DNA of 64,000 nt from Corallochytrium limacisporum Hawaii (Eukaryota > Protista > Pluriformea): the NCBI GenBank assembly GCA_002811645.1, contig PDIP01000008.1, positions 78,749 through 142,748 of the forward strand, read 5' to 3'. Positions 1 through 10,638 of the stretch are shown one piece after another. The notes under the pieces are model-generated. The model was given only the letters and a program-made list of their open reading frames with translations, was not told the origin of the DNA and searched no databases. The first letter of the stretch is position 1. Every line of letters begins with the position of its first letter. The position numbers were made by a program, and so were the translations under genes.

Positions 1-1
1 T

Positions 2-1282
2 TGCGAGCACCCGCTCCTGAAGGAGAATGATATGACGGTCATGGAACGGCCTCTTGATTTCCAGCACGGCTCCGGGCTATTGAATCTCATCTCCAAGGTT
101 GCCCGGTCCCAGGACATTCGCAAGAGCGGCCGGTGCTACCCCGTATCTAAAGTCGGTGTGCAGGGTGTTGCCATGCTCATCGCCATTGGCATTGGCGATC
201 ACGAGAAGGCGCAGGAGATTGCCCGGGGCATCGAACATATTCTCAAGCATCATAAGGAGAAGCTGCCCCACGCCCCCATCTACTGTGTACATGGTGTGCT
301 GTTGCTGATGCAGTATCAGTACTTCCGGCTTGGTGTAAAATACCCCGAGGTGGCCCTTGAGGCGTTGGACGCCCTCGGCGAGACATTCGATTTGGCCTAC
401 GTGGCCTCCCGAAACAGTCACATGTACCTCGGACGGCAGCCCCCACGGAAACGCAATGAAGAGGAGCGGATCCGTCGCTTATCCGCATCCGCGGAAGCGA
501 GTCCCGGTCCGCCAATAGAGTCCAAGAGCTTCGATCTGCAGGACCGTCGTGTAGTAACTGGCGGCGGTGCCTATGTCACTCCAGGCGGTGTGGCAGTCAA
601 GGGCATTGACCCTGTTACTGGAGAAACCGAGACCATGGCAAGCGAACCCTTGGCATCCGGCACGGAGGCTCACCAACTCTTTGACTCGACTAGCACGACA
701 GGAACGACATCCCACCCAGACACAACTGCGCTTGAAGAGGATTCGAACCTGCGAAGCCAACGTGACCTACAGGAACTGGCCAGTATTTTCGCAGGCGAGG
801 TCGCAACCCTCAAGCACGAGGACATTGGCCTGGACTATCTGGACCAGTCTGGTAATCTGCTAGCCGGCTGGGCGAATGGAGTCCCTGGTCGTCCGCGCCA
901 GGAGGAGCGTGACCTACAACAGCAGCAAGATGCTGTCAGTCCTACGGCGGCTGCCAACCCACCGTCTCTTTCAAATCTGAGCGACCCGTTCGGTTTCGGT
1001 GGCAGCAAGGCGATGAATGCCGCCGCCATGCAGATGGTGCAGGACCCACGAGCTCTCATGGCGCAACTCCTTGACGGACCGGATGTTGGGTCCGCAAACG
1101 ATGCGGCTGCCATGATCTCTCAGCAGTTTGATTCTCAGAACGGTCTGTTCGGTGAGATGATGCGTATGCACATGGAGAACGGTAATGGAAACACCTCTAT
1201 GGGAAACATGTTTGGCGGGATGTCCGGACAGACCCAGGGCAACGGCAGCCCGACGAACCGAACGGATCCTTTTTCCAACTGA
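2..1282 (+). CDS. C-terminal part of a protein truncated by the window edge; helical region then a low-complexity Q/M/N/G tail; possibly a transcription factor
   Basis: The frame is open from base 2 through the ATG at 32 to TGA at 1280-1282. The tail resembles an activation domain, but no DNA-binding domain is inside the window. Confidence 0.5.
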   Translation, partial: CEHPLLKENDMTVMERPLDFQHGSGLLNLISKVARSQDIRKSGRCYPVSKVGVQGVAMLIAIGIGDHEKAQEIARGIEHILKHHKEKLPHAPIYCVHGVLLLMQYQYFRLGVKYPEVALEALDALGETFDLAYVASRNSHMYLGRQPPRKRNEEERIRRLSASAEASPGPPIESKSFDLQDRRVVTGGGAYVTPGGVAVKGIDPVTGETETMASEPLASGTEAHQLFDSTSTTGTTSHPDTTALEEDSNLRSQRDLQELASIFAGEVATLKHEDIGLDYLDQSGNLLAGWANGVPGRPRQEERDLQQQQDAVSPTAAANPPSLSNLSDPFGFGGSKAMNAAAMQMVQDPRALMAQLLDGPDVGSANDAAAMISQQFDSQNGLFGEMMRMHMENGNGNTSMGNMFGGMSGQTQGNGSPTNRTDPFSN

Positions 1283-1996
1283 AGCAGCAACATCTTGTAC
1301 GAATGTAGGCCACTTGGCATCCACTCACACACACGCACATAGAGCATGTGCCCGTGTTGTCTTAAGAAATTAATTCTTTCAATATATCATACCAATACAT
1401 CATACTTCTCATATCACATAGTTCCTTGCTCCGTTTTTGCAACGGCCGCGCCACCGTGCGTCTGGACTCTCAGAAAAAGCTACGAGCAGCTTGTGGTGCA
1501 GTGGGCCCGCCATCGGCGGGGAAAGGGGCCCCGGGTCTATTTTTGGCCCTTGCAGTACCAGAGCCCGGAACCTCTGGTCAAAGACTCCTTCGGATTTCAT
1601 CCCCCCCCCAAACCCTTTTTCTTTACGATCTCTACTGTTCGAGTACCGCTCTCTCCCAAAACTATCCCCAGGCCCTTTTACGAAAAAGAAAAAAAAAAGG
1701 GGGGAAAAAAAGGGAAATAATTGGGCATACTAAGGGGAAGTCGTGTCACGCCGAACAGCAGGGCAAATGTGCAAGATATACGCGGTCAGGAAGGATCCCC
1801 TCTCGACGGTCCGCAATCGCGACAGTCGGAGAATCCGTCGGCTCCCGGGAAACATTTGCGGGCCAGTTACACGACCAATGTTGATTTAATCAACGTCCTT
1901 AAGGTACAAACGATAAGGAATTCTCAACCATTGTTGCATTCGACGGACCAGAAGCGGCGGTGAAGACCTGAGTCACATAGTTCAGACACTCCAAAC

Positions 1997-4264
1997 ATGG
2001 CGGCTACGGGGGTCCCAGTGGAGGTGCTCGGGCCCTACTTGGCCAAACATATGCCTAAGGATGCCATGGCTGGTTTAAATCTGCAGAAATTGACTTGGAA
2101 GTTAAAGAAGTTTGGAGTGGGACAGAGTAACCCCACGTATCAAGTTGCTGTTTCGGACCCTTCGGGATTGGTTCGAAAATTTGTCATGCGTAAGCAACCT
2201 CGAGCCAAGATTGTATCCAAGGTCCAGCACAGAATGGACAGGGAGTTTATGATCCTCGACCGACTCAGCAAGGCAGGCTTTCCTTGTCCCAAGGTCTACC
2301 ACTACTGCGATGATGGTCAGATCATAGACGGAAAGTTTTACGTGATGGAAATGGTGGAAGGTAGGCTCTTCGAGGACAGTCTCCTGAAAGGTATTGGGAC
2401 ACCAAAGGACCGCCGGCTCGCTTACCTCTCAGCAATCCGTACCCTAGCAGCCCTGCACAACACAGACTGGCGCGCTGTGGGTCTCGGAGCATACGGAGAT
2501 GGTGGTGGATTCACCAGTCGTCACGTAAAGTCCATGCAATCGCTTGCAGAGATTCAGGAACAGAGGGTCGGGCCAGAAGCTAAGATCCCGGGCTTGGGGA
2601 AGGCTGCGCAGAGGCTGGCCCTATTGCAGCCGGATGATGTGGTCTGCATCATGCATGGAGACTTCAAGTTTGATAACCTGATTTTCCACCCGACCGAACC
2701 CCGAGTGATCGGTGTCCTGGACTGGGAACTCGCTACAATTGGCCACCCTCTCGTTGACCTTGTATATCTTACCTCCAGCTACGATGTGCCGTACAATCCA
2801 GAGATCAAGGCCGGGTGGATGAACGGTATCATGGGCCTCGATTTGGAAGCAATGGGTATCCCTACGAAGGAAGAATTACTGCAGGAGTACCTTCGCGCAT
2901 GCAAGCATTCGTTTGCCATGGAGGACATGGCGTACTTTGGTGCTCTGCAAGCCTTCAAGGGGTCGGTGATCTATCAGGGCATCCACATGCGGTTCCAACT
3001 CGGCATGGCATCCGCAAGCGAGAATCGACTGGGGGACACGGCTTTGTACCTGCAGGCCACGATGCAAAAATGTAACGATGATCTCGACCGTTACGAAAGA
3101 ACTGTTCGGGCCAAGCGGTGCCGCAAGAGACCCCTGACCGTCTACGGCAATATCACGCCCGAAGATGACTTTCCACACCGACGCAGCAAAACTGACGTCC
3201 GCTTCTTCAACTTTGTGACAGACGAAGGACCCGTGCACGGTTACAGTGGATGGCTACACATTGAGAACATACCGAACCCCCGCGGATCACCGAAACCGTT
3301 CCGCTGTGAGGCAACCTTTGTGATCTGCCTTCCACGGCACCAGGGAATGCTCTTTCGTTTCGAAAAGCAAGACGTCGATGCCAACAATGGCTTCGATATC
3401 CGCGGCATTACCATCCATGTGCCGGAAGGAGGTCGCCAGGTCAACTTGCGAGGCCGGGGTAAATGGTTCTATCTTCCGGATCCGAGTGACCTCAAAACCC
3501 CCGGTGTGGCATTCCGGAATACGAAGAAGAACCGTTGGATTGGTGTCGACATTGAACTGCAATTCATCTCGCATGGTACTCTGGTGGGCTATGCCAGCGA
3601 AAAAACTCGTGACCAACCAGCCACACTGACAGCATGTGGGTTCCAGGCTCCGGTCAAGCGGGCTGCGGGCACGAGCCCTGGCAACCATATGTACACAAAC
3701 TGCTCTGTTAAGGGTCTGCTTACTGCCAACTTCCCACCGAATGTAGACAGTGAGTTTGGCGCTGGCCCTGGCCCGCTGCGCAATGTAACACTCAAGGGCA
3801 ACGGTTGGCGTGAGGTGGTGTGGGGGTCGAAGAGCATTTGGCACCGTCCTGTAGACTACACCTTCTGCAGCGGCCACCTCGGTCCCAACAGTTCTTTCCA
3901 TCTCACATTCCTTCACAATCAAGAGACAGGCCAGCGGAATTTGGTCCAAGGGTTGGTGGTCGAGGACGGTATTCCGCGCGGTGTAGATCAGTGTGGATTC
4001 TACGACCTTCCGGTTGTGGGTAGCGCCTCAGATGGTTCAATCGGTGCGCGGATGTTGTTGACCACAGATCTAGGCACTATCTACGATGTCACGGGTCAGC
4101 GAGAGGGACGGGGCCTGCCACTGCGGAACCGCCATGCTGGACAGACTCTGGTCATTGAGCAAGGTCTGTTTTCCTGGACTGTAAAGAACGGAACCACGGG
4201 CGTTGTCAGGCAAGGGGCTGGCTTTGTGGAGATTACGCAGGTCACTGCGGAAAGCAAGGTCTAA
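1997..4264 (+). CDS. ACAD10/11-type aminoglycoside-phosphotransferase-like kinase fused to a C-terminal DUF7064/7065-like beta domain
   Basis: 755 aa. Kinase motifs [28 protein letters not shown] and [16 protein letters not shown]. The C-terminal half has no acyl-CoA dehydrogenase motifs. Confidence 0.8.
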   Translation: MAATGVPVEVLGPYLAKHMPKDAMAGLNLQKLTWKLKKFGVGQSNPTYQVAVSDPSGLVRKFVMRKQPRAKIVSKVQHRMDREFMILDRLSKAGFPCPKVYHYCDDGQIIDGKFYVMEMVEGRLFEDSLLKGIGTPKDRRLAYLSAIRTLAALHNTDWRAVGLGAYGDGGGFTSRHVKSMQSLAEIQEQRVGPEAKIPGLGKAAQRLALLQPDDVVCIMHGDFKFDNLIFHPTEPRVIGVLDWELATIGHPLVDLVYLTSSYDVPYNPEIKAGWMNGIMGLDLEAMGIPTKEELLQEYLRACKHSFAMEDMAYFGALQAFKGSVIYQGIHMRFQLGMASASENRLGDTALYLQATMQKCNDDLDRYERTVRAKRCRKRPLTVYGNITPEDDFPHRRSKTDVRFFNFVTDEGPVHGYSGWLHIENIPNPRGSPKPFRCEATFVICLPRHQGMLFRFEKQDVDANNGFDIRGITIHVPEGGRQVNLRGRGKWFYLPDPSDLKTPGVAFRNTKKNRWIGVDIELQFISHGTLVGYASEKTRDQPATLTACGFQAPVKRAAGTSPGNHMYTNCSVKGLLTANFPPNVDSEFGAGPGPLRNVTLKGNGWREVVWGSKSIWHRPVDYTFCSGHLGPNSSFHLTFLHNQETGQRNLVQGLVVEDGIPRGVDQCGFYDLPVVGSASDGSIGARMLLTTDLGTIYDVTGQREGRGLPLRNRHAGQTLVIEQGLFSWTVKNGTTGVVRQGAGFVEITQVTAESKV

Positions 4265-4412
4265 ATTGTTAAAGCTACAGTTACTGTCATAATGGACCAT
4301 AGTGCATCCTCAATGTTATTGACTAGGCTTGGAACCCTTTTATTGGAAAAAAAACTCAAGGTCAACAAAGTTACAGACGCTTGTTTCTCAAACATTTCAC
4401 AGTTCACACATT

Positions 4413-5450
4413 TTACAGCGTGCTGGACACTGTGTACTGTGTACGGGAAAGGCAAGCAACGGCTTCCTCGACGTACATGCGTACAATGTCGGCGGCAGGC
4501 CTGATGTCATGAATGGCACCGATACCCATGCCGGACGGGAAGAACTCGCGGTCGACGTCGATGTTGGGCTCATCCTGACCGTAGTTCAGGTGGTTGATAC
4601 CCAACTCCATGGTCTTGATGGCCATGTCAGGGAATGGCAGGGGCTTCTCACCGCTATTCTCCATCTGCGTGGTGTATTTGTTGCGCTGAACACGGCACGT
4701 CTTGCCAGTGTAGAATTTGGTAATGACAGTGTCATCGATCGACAGATCAACCACGCGCTTCTTGAAGCCCTTCGCAGTCACCGCTTCCGGGGTGGCCACA
4801 AAGCGGGTTCCGCACCAAATACCGTCGGCACCCATAGCCAGGACGGATGCAAAGGTCATGCCATCCACGATGGAACCAGCGGCAACCACAGGAACCTTGT
4901 CACCGACGGCCAGGATGGCCTGGTGCAGCAGGGGCAGCAGTGGAGTGGTGCCAGTGTGGCCACCTCCCTCAGTGCCCTGCATGATGACAAAGTCACAACC
5001 GGCGTCCACGGCCTTAATCGCGTGCCTTACGCGACCGCACACAGTGCCGACCAGAATGCCCTTGGACTTCATGTGCTCAATGTCCCTCCGGGGGACTCCG
5101 AGACCCGCGACAAAGGCCTTAACTTTGTGCTTTGCCATGATCTCGACGTAGGGAGCGAGATCACCAGGTCGGCTGGAAGGGACCAGGATGTCAATGCCAA
5201 TAGGCTTCTGGGTCTTTGCCCTGGTCTTGGTCAGCTCGGCGTCTAGTTCTTGGGGATCGTATTGGGCAGCGCCCATGCAACCAAAGCCACCAGCCTCAGA
5301 CACAGCGGCGGTCAGATCGGACAGGGTCACACCGGCCATACCAGCACACATGATTGGGTGTTGAACACCCAGGAGCTCGGTGAGGCGAGAGGTGATGGTG
5401 CGAGACCGGGGATCGATGCGAATGGGTGCTACCTTGCCTGCCTTCGACAT
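4413..5450 (-). CDS. Nitronate monooxygenase / FabK-like FMN-dependent oxidoreductase
   Basis: 345 aa. Motifs LLGVQHPIMCAGMAG, AVSEAGGFG, QGTEGGGHTG, PVVAAGSIVDG and GADGIWCGTRF. Confidence 0.9.
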   Translation of the reverse strand: MSKAGKVAPIRIDPRSRTITSRLTELLGVQHPIMCAGMAGVTLSDLTAAVSEAGGFGCMGAAQYDPQELDAELTKTRAKTQKPIGIDILVPSSRPGDLAPYVEIMAKHKVKAFVAGLGVPRRDIEHMKSKGILVGTVCGRVRHAIKAVDAGCDFVIMQGTEGGGHTGTTPLLPLLHQAILAVGDKVPVVAAGSIVDGMTFASVLAMGADGIWCGTRFVATPEAVTAKGFKKRVVDLSIDDTVITKFYTGKTCRVQRNKYTTQMENSGEKPLPFPDMAIKTMELGINHLNYGQDEPNIDVDREFFPSGMGIGAIHDIRPAADIVRMYVEEAVACLSRTQYTVSSTL

Positions 5451-6156
5451 GATTGACCTAATTGTTTAACCTTGATATTCCTTTATCTATGGATCTGTTG
5501 AATGGAAAGGGGATTAACCCCACAGCATTCTCGTCCGGTCTCCTACTGGGCCTCCCTGAAATACCTATCCTTTCCTCGGCATTTGACTCCCGAGTATTTG
5601 CCTCATTCACATGACAAGTGAATTTGATATCACAGGTGGCAGTCGCAACATTCGTAGGGAAGGGTATCTTTCCCCGGGCGGCTATCGCGGTGACATCGCA
5701 GAAACGTATAAGTGCCGCTCTTCCACCTTTTGGGAGCAGGAGGCACTGACGGCCCCTCTCTCCCCCCTCCCCCCCCCTTCCCTCCCGGCCCAGTCTCTGC
5801 CATACTGAGCGCGTGAGTTGTGTTGTTTCGTGGAGGTGACGTAAAAAGCCAGTCTCAGTATGGCACTGGTAGTATGGAGAACCACCCGTGCAAGAGTCCT
5901 GAGCGATAATGCACAACAAACTGGTTCATCGCGGCCAAGAGCAATCGTCGCGATCAGAAGTGCGAGCGCATTCCGATAGTTTTGGGAGTGAGAGGAATTG
6001 TCACATCAATCCACACTACCATTGCTGATAATATAGATTAAGCAGACAATGGACCCCATGCGCAAGTGTTTACCTACTTCAGGGTCGTTGTGTCCTGGTA
6101 GCGGGGCGACCTTGCCTGATCCGTACAGAGTAGTACAGCAAACAAAAGTACCCAAC

Positions 6157-7113
6157 ATGCTCCGCATTGCATCTCAACGTCTTGCAGGCACCGCTCGCAG
6201 TGCTTCTCGCAGCGCGCTGCATCAGGTCAGGACCATGGCTGATCAGCAGGGTGGTTCTGGTGGCGGCCTGGTCCTGCCCGCAATTGTGGCAACTGCGGCA
6301 GCGGGCGGCTACTACTTTTACAGCACTGGATACTTTGACAATCCCGAACCGGCCTTGAATCCTAAGGAGTTCGTCGACTTCACAGTCTCCAAGGTTGAGA
6401 CTCTGACACACGATACCAAGCGAATCACCTTTGGTCTGAAGCGCAACCAAACTTCGGGTATCACTGTGGCTGGTCTAGTCCTGCTGCAGGCTGAACTCAA
6501 GGGTGAGAATGTCTTGCGCCCCTACACGCCCACTACGGGCCCGGACGTTAAAGGCAGACTAGAGTTCGTCATTAAGAAGTACGATGATGGTGCCTTCACT
6601 CCCTACGTCCACAGTCTCAAGGTGGGTGACAAGGTCTCCATCAAAGGTCCCATCACTAAGATAAAGGTTGAGCCCAACTTCAAGCAGGAGATCGGTTGCG
6701 TTGCTGGCGGTACAGGAATAACACCCATGTACCAGGTTATCAAGGAGCTGCTCCGTCATCCCGAAAACAAGACCAAAATCACTCTGCTGGCTGCCAACAA
6801 GAGTGAGAGCGACATCCTGCTGAAGAAGGAACTGGACGAGCTCGCCAGCAAGAATCCCGATCGTTTCACCGTGCAGTACGTCCTTGACAAGGCGCCTGCC
6901 GGAAAGCCTGAGTACGTTGAAGGATTTGTGACTGCGGAGGTTGCAAAGAAATTCCTGCCTCCTCCAAGTGAGAACAACCTCATTATGGTTTGTGGGCCGC
7001 CTGGGATGATGAAGGCTGTCTCCGGAGACAAGAACCCCGACAAGAGCCAAGGTGAGGTCAGCGGTGTCCTGAAGACACTCGGCTACACCAAAGACATGGT
7101 CTTCAAATTCTAA
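6157..7113 (+). CDS. MCR1: NADH-cytochrome b5 reductase, mitochondrial (Mcr1-like)
   Basis: RPYTP FAD motif, AGGTGITPM NADH motif, CGPPGMM and C-terminal VFKF. The ATG at 6157 gives an Arg/Ser-rich presequence then a hydrophobic anchor. The ORF track starts at 6049. Confidence 0.9.
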   Translation: MLRIASQRLAGTARSASRSALHQVRTMADQQGGSGGGLVLPAIVATAAAGGYYFYSTGYFDNPEPALNPKEFVDFTVSKVETLTHDTKRITFGLKRNQTSGITVAGLVLLQAELKGENVLRPYTPTTGPDVKGRLEFVIKKYDDGAFTPYVHSLKVGDKVSIKGPITKIKVEPNFKQEIGCVAGGTGITPMYQVIKELLRHPENKTKITLLAANKSESDILLKKELDELASKNPDRFTVQYVLDKAPAGKPEYVEGFVTAEVAKKFLPPPSENNLIMVCGPPGMMKAVSGDKNPDKSQGEVSGVLKTLGYTKDMVFKF

Positions 7114-7594
7114 ATGTTCTGTTGACTCTGCCACATAACAACTGCTTCAAGGTGATGCATATACAAGATCTTAGAGAATCTGGTCGAATACACTTCGGGT
7201 GATCGGCGTTTTCCCCCCTTGCCCTGTGTCGCAAACGTACTTAAATGGACTCCCTTCAATTTTCTTTCATTCATTGTGGGCTATACCTCCAGGGGCACAC
7301 GGAGGGTGGGTACCGTCACTATGATTCTGTCCGACGGGGCGTCTTTTCCCGCCCTCGGCCATTTCGGCAGCGCGACGGCAATGGGGCTTACCTAGCCGGA
7401 CACAACAATCTCGAACAAACTATTAAACGCAGCAATATTTGCGATCAATAGCTCTGAAGAATAAACCCCATGTATAATTGAAAACGTCTGTCGATGTGAA
7501 GGGATGAAACTGTGCATAGATGGACGTCCTTGGTGCCAGCAATCGTTAGAGATCAGGATGTTAACACAAATGTAGACTTGGTAAAAACGCAACG

Positions 7595-10543
7595 ATGTCG
7601 GAAAACACGACAACATTACCGCAAGTTAAGAACGGGTTAGGAAGTGATGGAAGCCTGGGTGAGGGCTACCTGCCACAGCGGTCACCACGACCTGATATTC
7701 CACCATTGAATCTCATTCGATCGGCACAGGAGAATTATGAGGAGGTGGCGACAACACCAGCACTGAAGCAAGGCTTGGAGTCCTTTAAGGTCGGGGGAAT
7801 GCTTACAGACGTGCCACTGGAGACAGAAAATAGTATGGGAGGTACATCCCAAGTACGAACCCGCGCCAACATGGACAATGTTGACCCGAATACTCAGGAC
7901 GTGTTGCGCAACATTAATCTGAAAATGAACGAAATCATTGATAAGCAACGCGTAAGCGAAACCGGGGACAAGATTGAATTTGAATATAAGGACACGGCGG
8001 ACATCAAAACTGAGCTGGCAGAGTTGTATGCGTACAGTGAGATTCGGGAGATTCGGCGGTATCAAAAGCGTTACCTTCAGAAGCGTCGGGAGGAAGGTCG
8101 CCCCTGGCTAAGCATGGATGAAGAGGAACAAGCAGAAGAGATTCAGACATGGCTCAGTGATATGGAGTGTGTCAGCGAACAGCGACGCATGGTTGCAGCT
8201 ACAAACATCCTGTTAGTGTTACAAGGCAGTATGGCAGAGAATCTGACCGGTGACGAGCAACTAAATTCCGCAAAGAAGGGTGCCCACTTAGTCTTTGAAC
8301 AAGGAACGTTTCCTATTTGTCTGGATCTGATGTGCTCAGCCATCTGGCGCGGGTTACACGGCGAGAAGTTGGATGGTGGTAGAGGTAGTTTGAATGGATC
8401 CAGCACATCAGTGTCCAATTCTGGTGCTGATGGGCCGCTGATCCGTGGGAGTAGCCGTGGAAACGTCAAGGACACAGTAAACTCAAAAAGCAACGCTGCT
8501 AACCAGGCGGTGAGGCTGCATGCCAACATCATCTACACTCTGATTGCACTGTGTGATCATGAAGAAGAAATCAGGGAGATGAGGAAGACTCTGCACAGTA
8601 CGAATGCACCGAATGGCCAGAACTACATTAGTTTCATGTTCCAGACCATTTCTTTGTATGCCGACGCGCGGAGGATGTATCTCCCAGTGAAGAAGGCACT
8701 CCTGCTGACATGGCGGCTCATTTTAGTCTGTTGTGGCGGACTGGAAGAACAGCGACAGATGAAGCATGAAATGCGCAAAAAGGCTGGACTGCGTAGTTAC
8801 AATGGACGTACAAAGGCACGGCAGACCGAATACTCTATGCACTACACATCGTCTATGAGCCGCCGGTTTGGGGCCCTTATTGCAGCTGATCTGGAAGCGC
8901 TTGACACCCGCCATGCGGAACTCTACAGTCAAAATCTAGACCGAAGTGCTGTGCCTCCAGCCTTGCAGGAAAGTATCGATACCATGAAAGATCATCTGTA
9001 CAAATCCCTTGCAGAGCATCAGATAGAGCAAGAGCGGGATCTTGAAAGACTTCGCATGCGGGATCACTTGAAGTATGAAAAAGAATTGCGCAAAACTCAG
9101 GAAGCACGGCAACGTGCCAGCGACATGGAGGTTTTGTACGCGACCCTACTACCCCGTCTGCCCCAAATGATTGTGTCCATACTAAAGATTCTCCTGGCGG
9201 CAATTTCAGGAGCGCAAGAAATCCAACAGATGCAACAGAGTCAGCAAAATATCAGTCATCAGGGATCAAAACGAGATTCGCGCATCGACATCATGATGGA
9301 AGTGGAGGAAACGGGAGCAGATGGTGCTCATAACGACGTGACACAGACACCGGAGACAACGACGGCTACCGACGCAGACGAGAAGAGCCCTCCACTGTTC
9401 AAAGAACCGGCAATTGGGTCAGGAAAACATGGAAGTGGTACAGAGGGTGGTGATAGACGAATAGAACGCACGGAAAGTGGAGACTCTCTGGACAGCCACG
9501 CGGATGACAGCGTTCTGTCGCACTCCCTGTTCATGTTTGTGGAACGTATGCGCCACAAGGAGGTGCTTTGCAAAGCGGTCAGTGCGATTTTAATTCTACT
9601 GCTAAAGCATCTCAAAGTGAATCATGTCTACCAGTTTGAATTTCTGGGACAGATTCTCACGGATGCGAATTGCATCCTGCTGATCTTGAAGCACTTGAAT
9701 CAGAGCTCAGCCACTATTCTAACCGTCACACCGATCATTGAGGAGTTTGAACTCTTCAGCGAAAAGAATGTCGGAGCATCTCTGGGCAAATTGAACCTAC
9801 CTACTACACCTCGCGGCCTGGAAGACTGTCTGCAGCCGCGTGCCAGCTACCGCAACTACTTCACGTTGGTCAGCCTACTCAAGGTCATGCAAAAGCTGAC
9901 AAAGCGTAAGCCTTTGCGAACCATGATTATGATCCAGGCCCGGGGCCCCCTCATTCTGAAGCGGTACCGAAACATCCAGAACAACACTATGCAGCTGACT
10001 ATCCTAAAACTGTACAAGAGCATGTCACGCATGCTTGGTCGGAAGTGGCGAAACTGCAACATGATGTTGGTGAGTGCGATCTACCACCAAGTACCCCATT
10101 CTATGCATGATGATTGGGCCTACAGCAGCGACGCCGAGAGCAACAAGGGCCTGCAGGTCGACGAACAGGCGCTTCGTGTCGCAGTGCAAAGCTTCAACCA
10201 GCGGTACTACAGCCACGGCCAGATGGGAGAAGGTGGAGCAAGCAGCAAAGGTAGCAACTCATCTCTTTCTACCACTGGTGTAAGCGGGAGTGGCAGTGCC
10301 AGCGTCCGAGATCCGAACACGACGGCCGCCCTGCTCACTGCACAGGTCAATGACGATGACCCTGATGACCACTCTGTGCTGCACGCCCATCTCCAACGAG
10401 CGAGTCGGAACACTGTCGAGGCCTTGTACGGTCGCACGCTTGGGGGGCCTGGAGACATGCCCCCGGAAATGAGCGAGGCGGAGTTGGAGTACCAATTTGA
10501 GACCTGGCTTAGTCGTCGTCGTGATCTGTCTTGCTATCTTTGA
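7595..10543 (+). CDS. STRIP1: Striatin-interacting protein (STRIP1/2, Far11), STRIPAK subunit
   Basis: 982 aa. Motifs FEYKDT..ELAELYAYSE, PVKKALLLTW, RHKEVLCKAVSAILILLLKHLKVNHVYQFE, LGRKWR..NM and DDWAY. Confidence 0.92.
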   Translation: MSENTTTLPQVKNGLGSDGSLGEGYLPQRSPRPDIPPLNLIRSAQENYEEVATTPALKQGLESFKVGGMLTDVPLETENSMGGTSQVRTRANMDNVDPNTQDVLRNINLKMNEIIDKQRVSETGDKIEFEYKDTADIKTELAELYAYSEIREIRRYQKRYLQKRREEGRPWLSMDEEEQAEEIQTWLSDMECVSEQRRMVAATNILLVLQGSMAENLTGDEQLNSAKKGAHLVFEQGTFPICLDLMCSAIWRGLHGEKLDGGRGSLNGSSTSVSNSGADGPLIRGSSRGNVKDTVNSKSNAANQAVRLHANIIYTLIALCDHEEEIREMRKTLHSTNAPNGQNYISFMFQTISLYADARRMYLPVKKALLLTWRLILVCCGGLEEQRQMKHEMRKKAGLRSYNGRTKARQTEYSMHYTSSMSRRFGALIAADLEALDTRHAELYSQNLDRSAVPPALQESIDTMKDHLYKSLAEHQIEQERDLERLRMRDHLKYEKELRKTQEARQRASDMEVLYATLLPRLPQMIVSILKILLAAISGAQEIQQMQQSQQNISHQGSKRDSRIDIMMEVEETGADGAHNDVTQTPETTTATDADEKSPPLFKEPAIGSGKHGSGTEGGDRRIERTESGDSLDSHADDSVLSHSLFMFVERMRHKEVLCKAVSAILILLLKHLKVNHVYQFEFLGQILTDANCILLILKHLNQSSATILTVTPIIEEFELFSEKNVGASLGKLNLPTTPRGLEDCLQPRASYRNYFTLVSLLKVMQKLTKRKPLRTMIMIQARGPLILKRYRNIQNNTMQLTILKLYKSMSRMLGRKWRNCNMMLVSAIYHQVPHSMHDDWAYSSDAESNKGLQVDEQALRVAVQSFNQRYYSHGQMGEGGASSKGSNSSLSTTGVSGSGSASVRDPNTTAALLTAQVNDDDPDDHSVLHAHLQRASRNTVEALYGRTLGGPGDMPPEMSEAELEYQFETWLSRRRDLSCYL

Positions 10544-10638
10544 ATCATAATGAAAACATTTGAAAGCTATTGATTTACATAGTTTGCTATTTACAGCTTC
10601 TGCCATGTCCTAAGACTTCCGATGTTACTGCCATGTAG

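Noticed and set aside
4329-5246. 305 aa ORF on the + strand
   Set aside because: It is the antisense shadow of the NMO gene, has a non-ATG start and shows no motifs. The same applies to the other nested antisense ORFs in the track.
7379-7391. CAATGGGGCTTAC resembling the RNase MRP 3' conserved region
   Set aside because: No GAAAGTCCCC-type CR-I partner is present upstream in the spacer.
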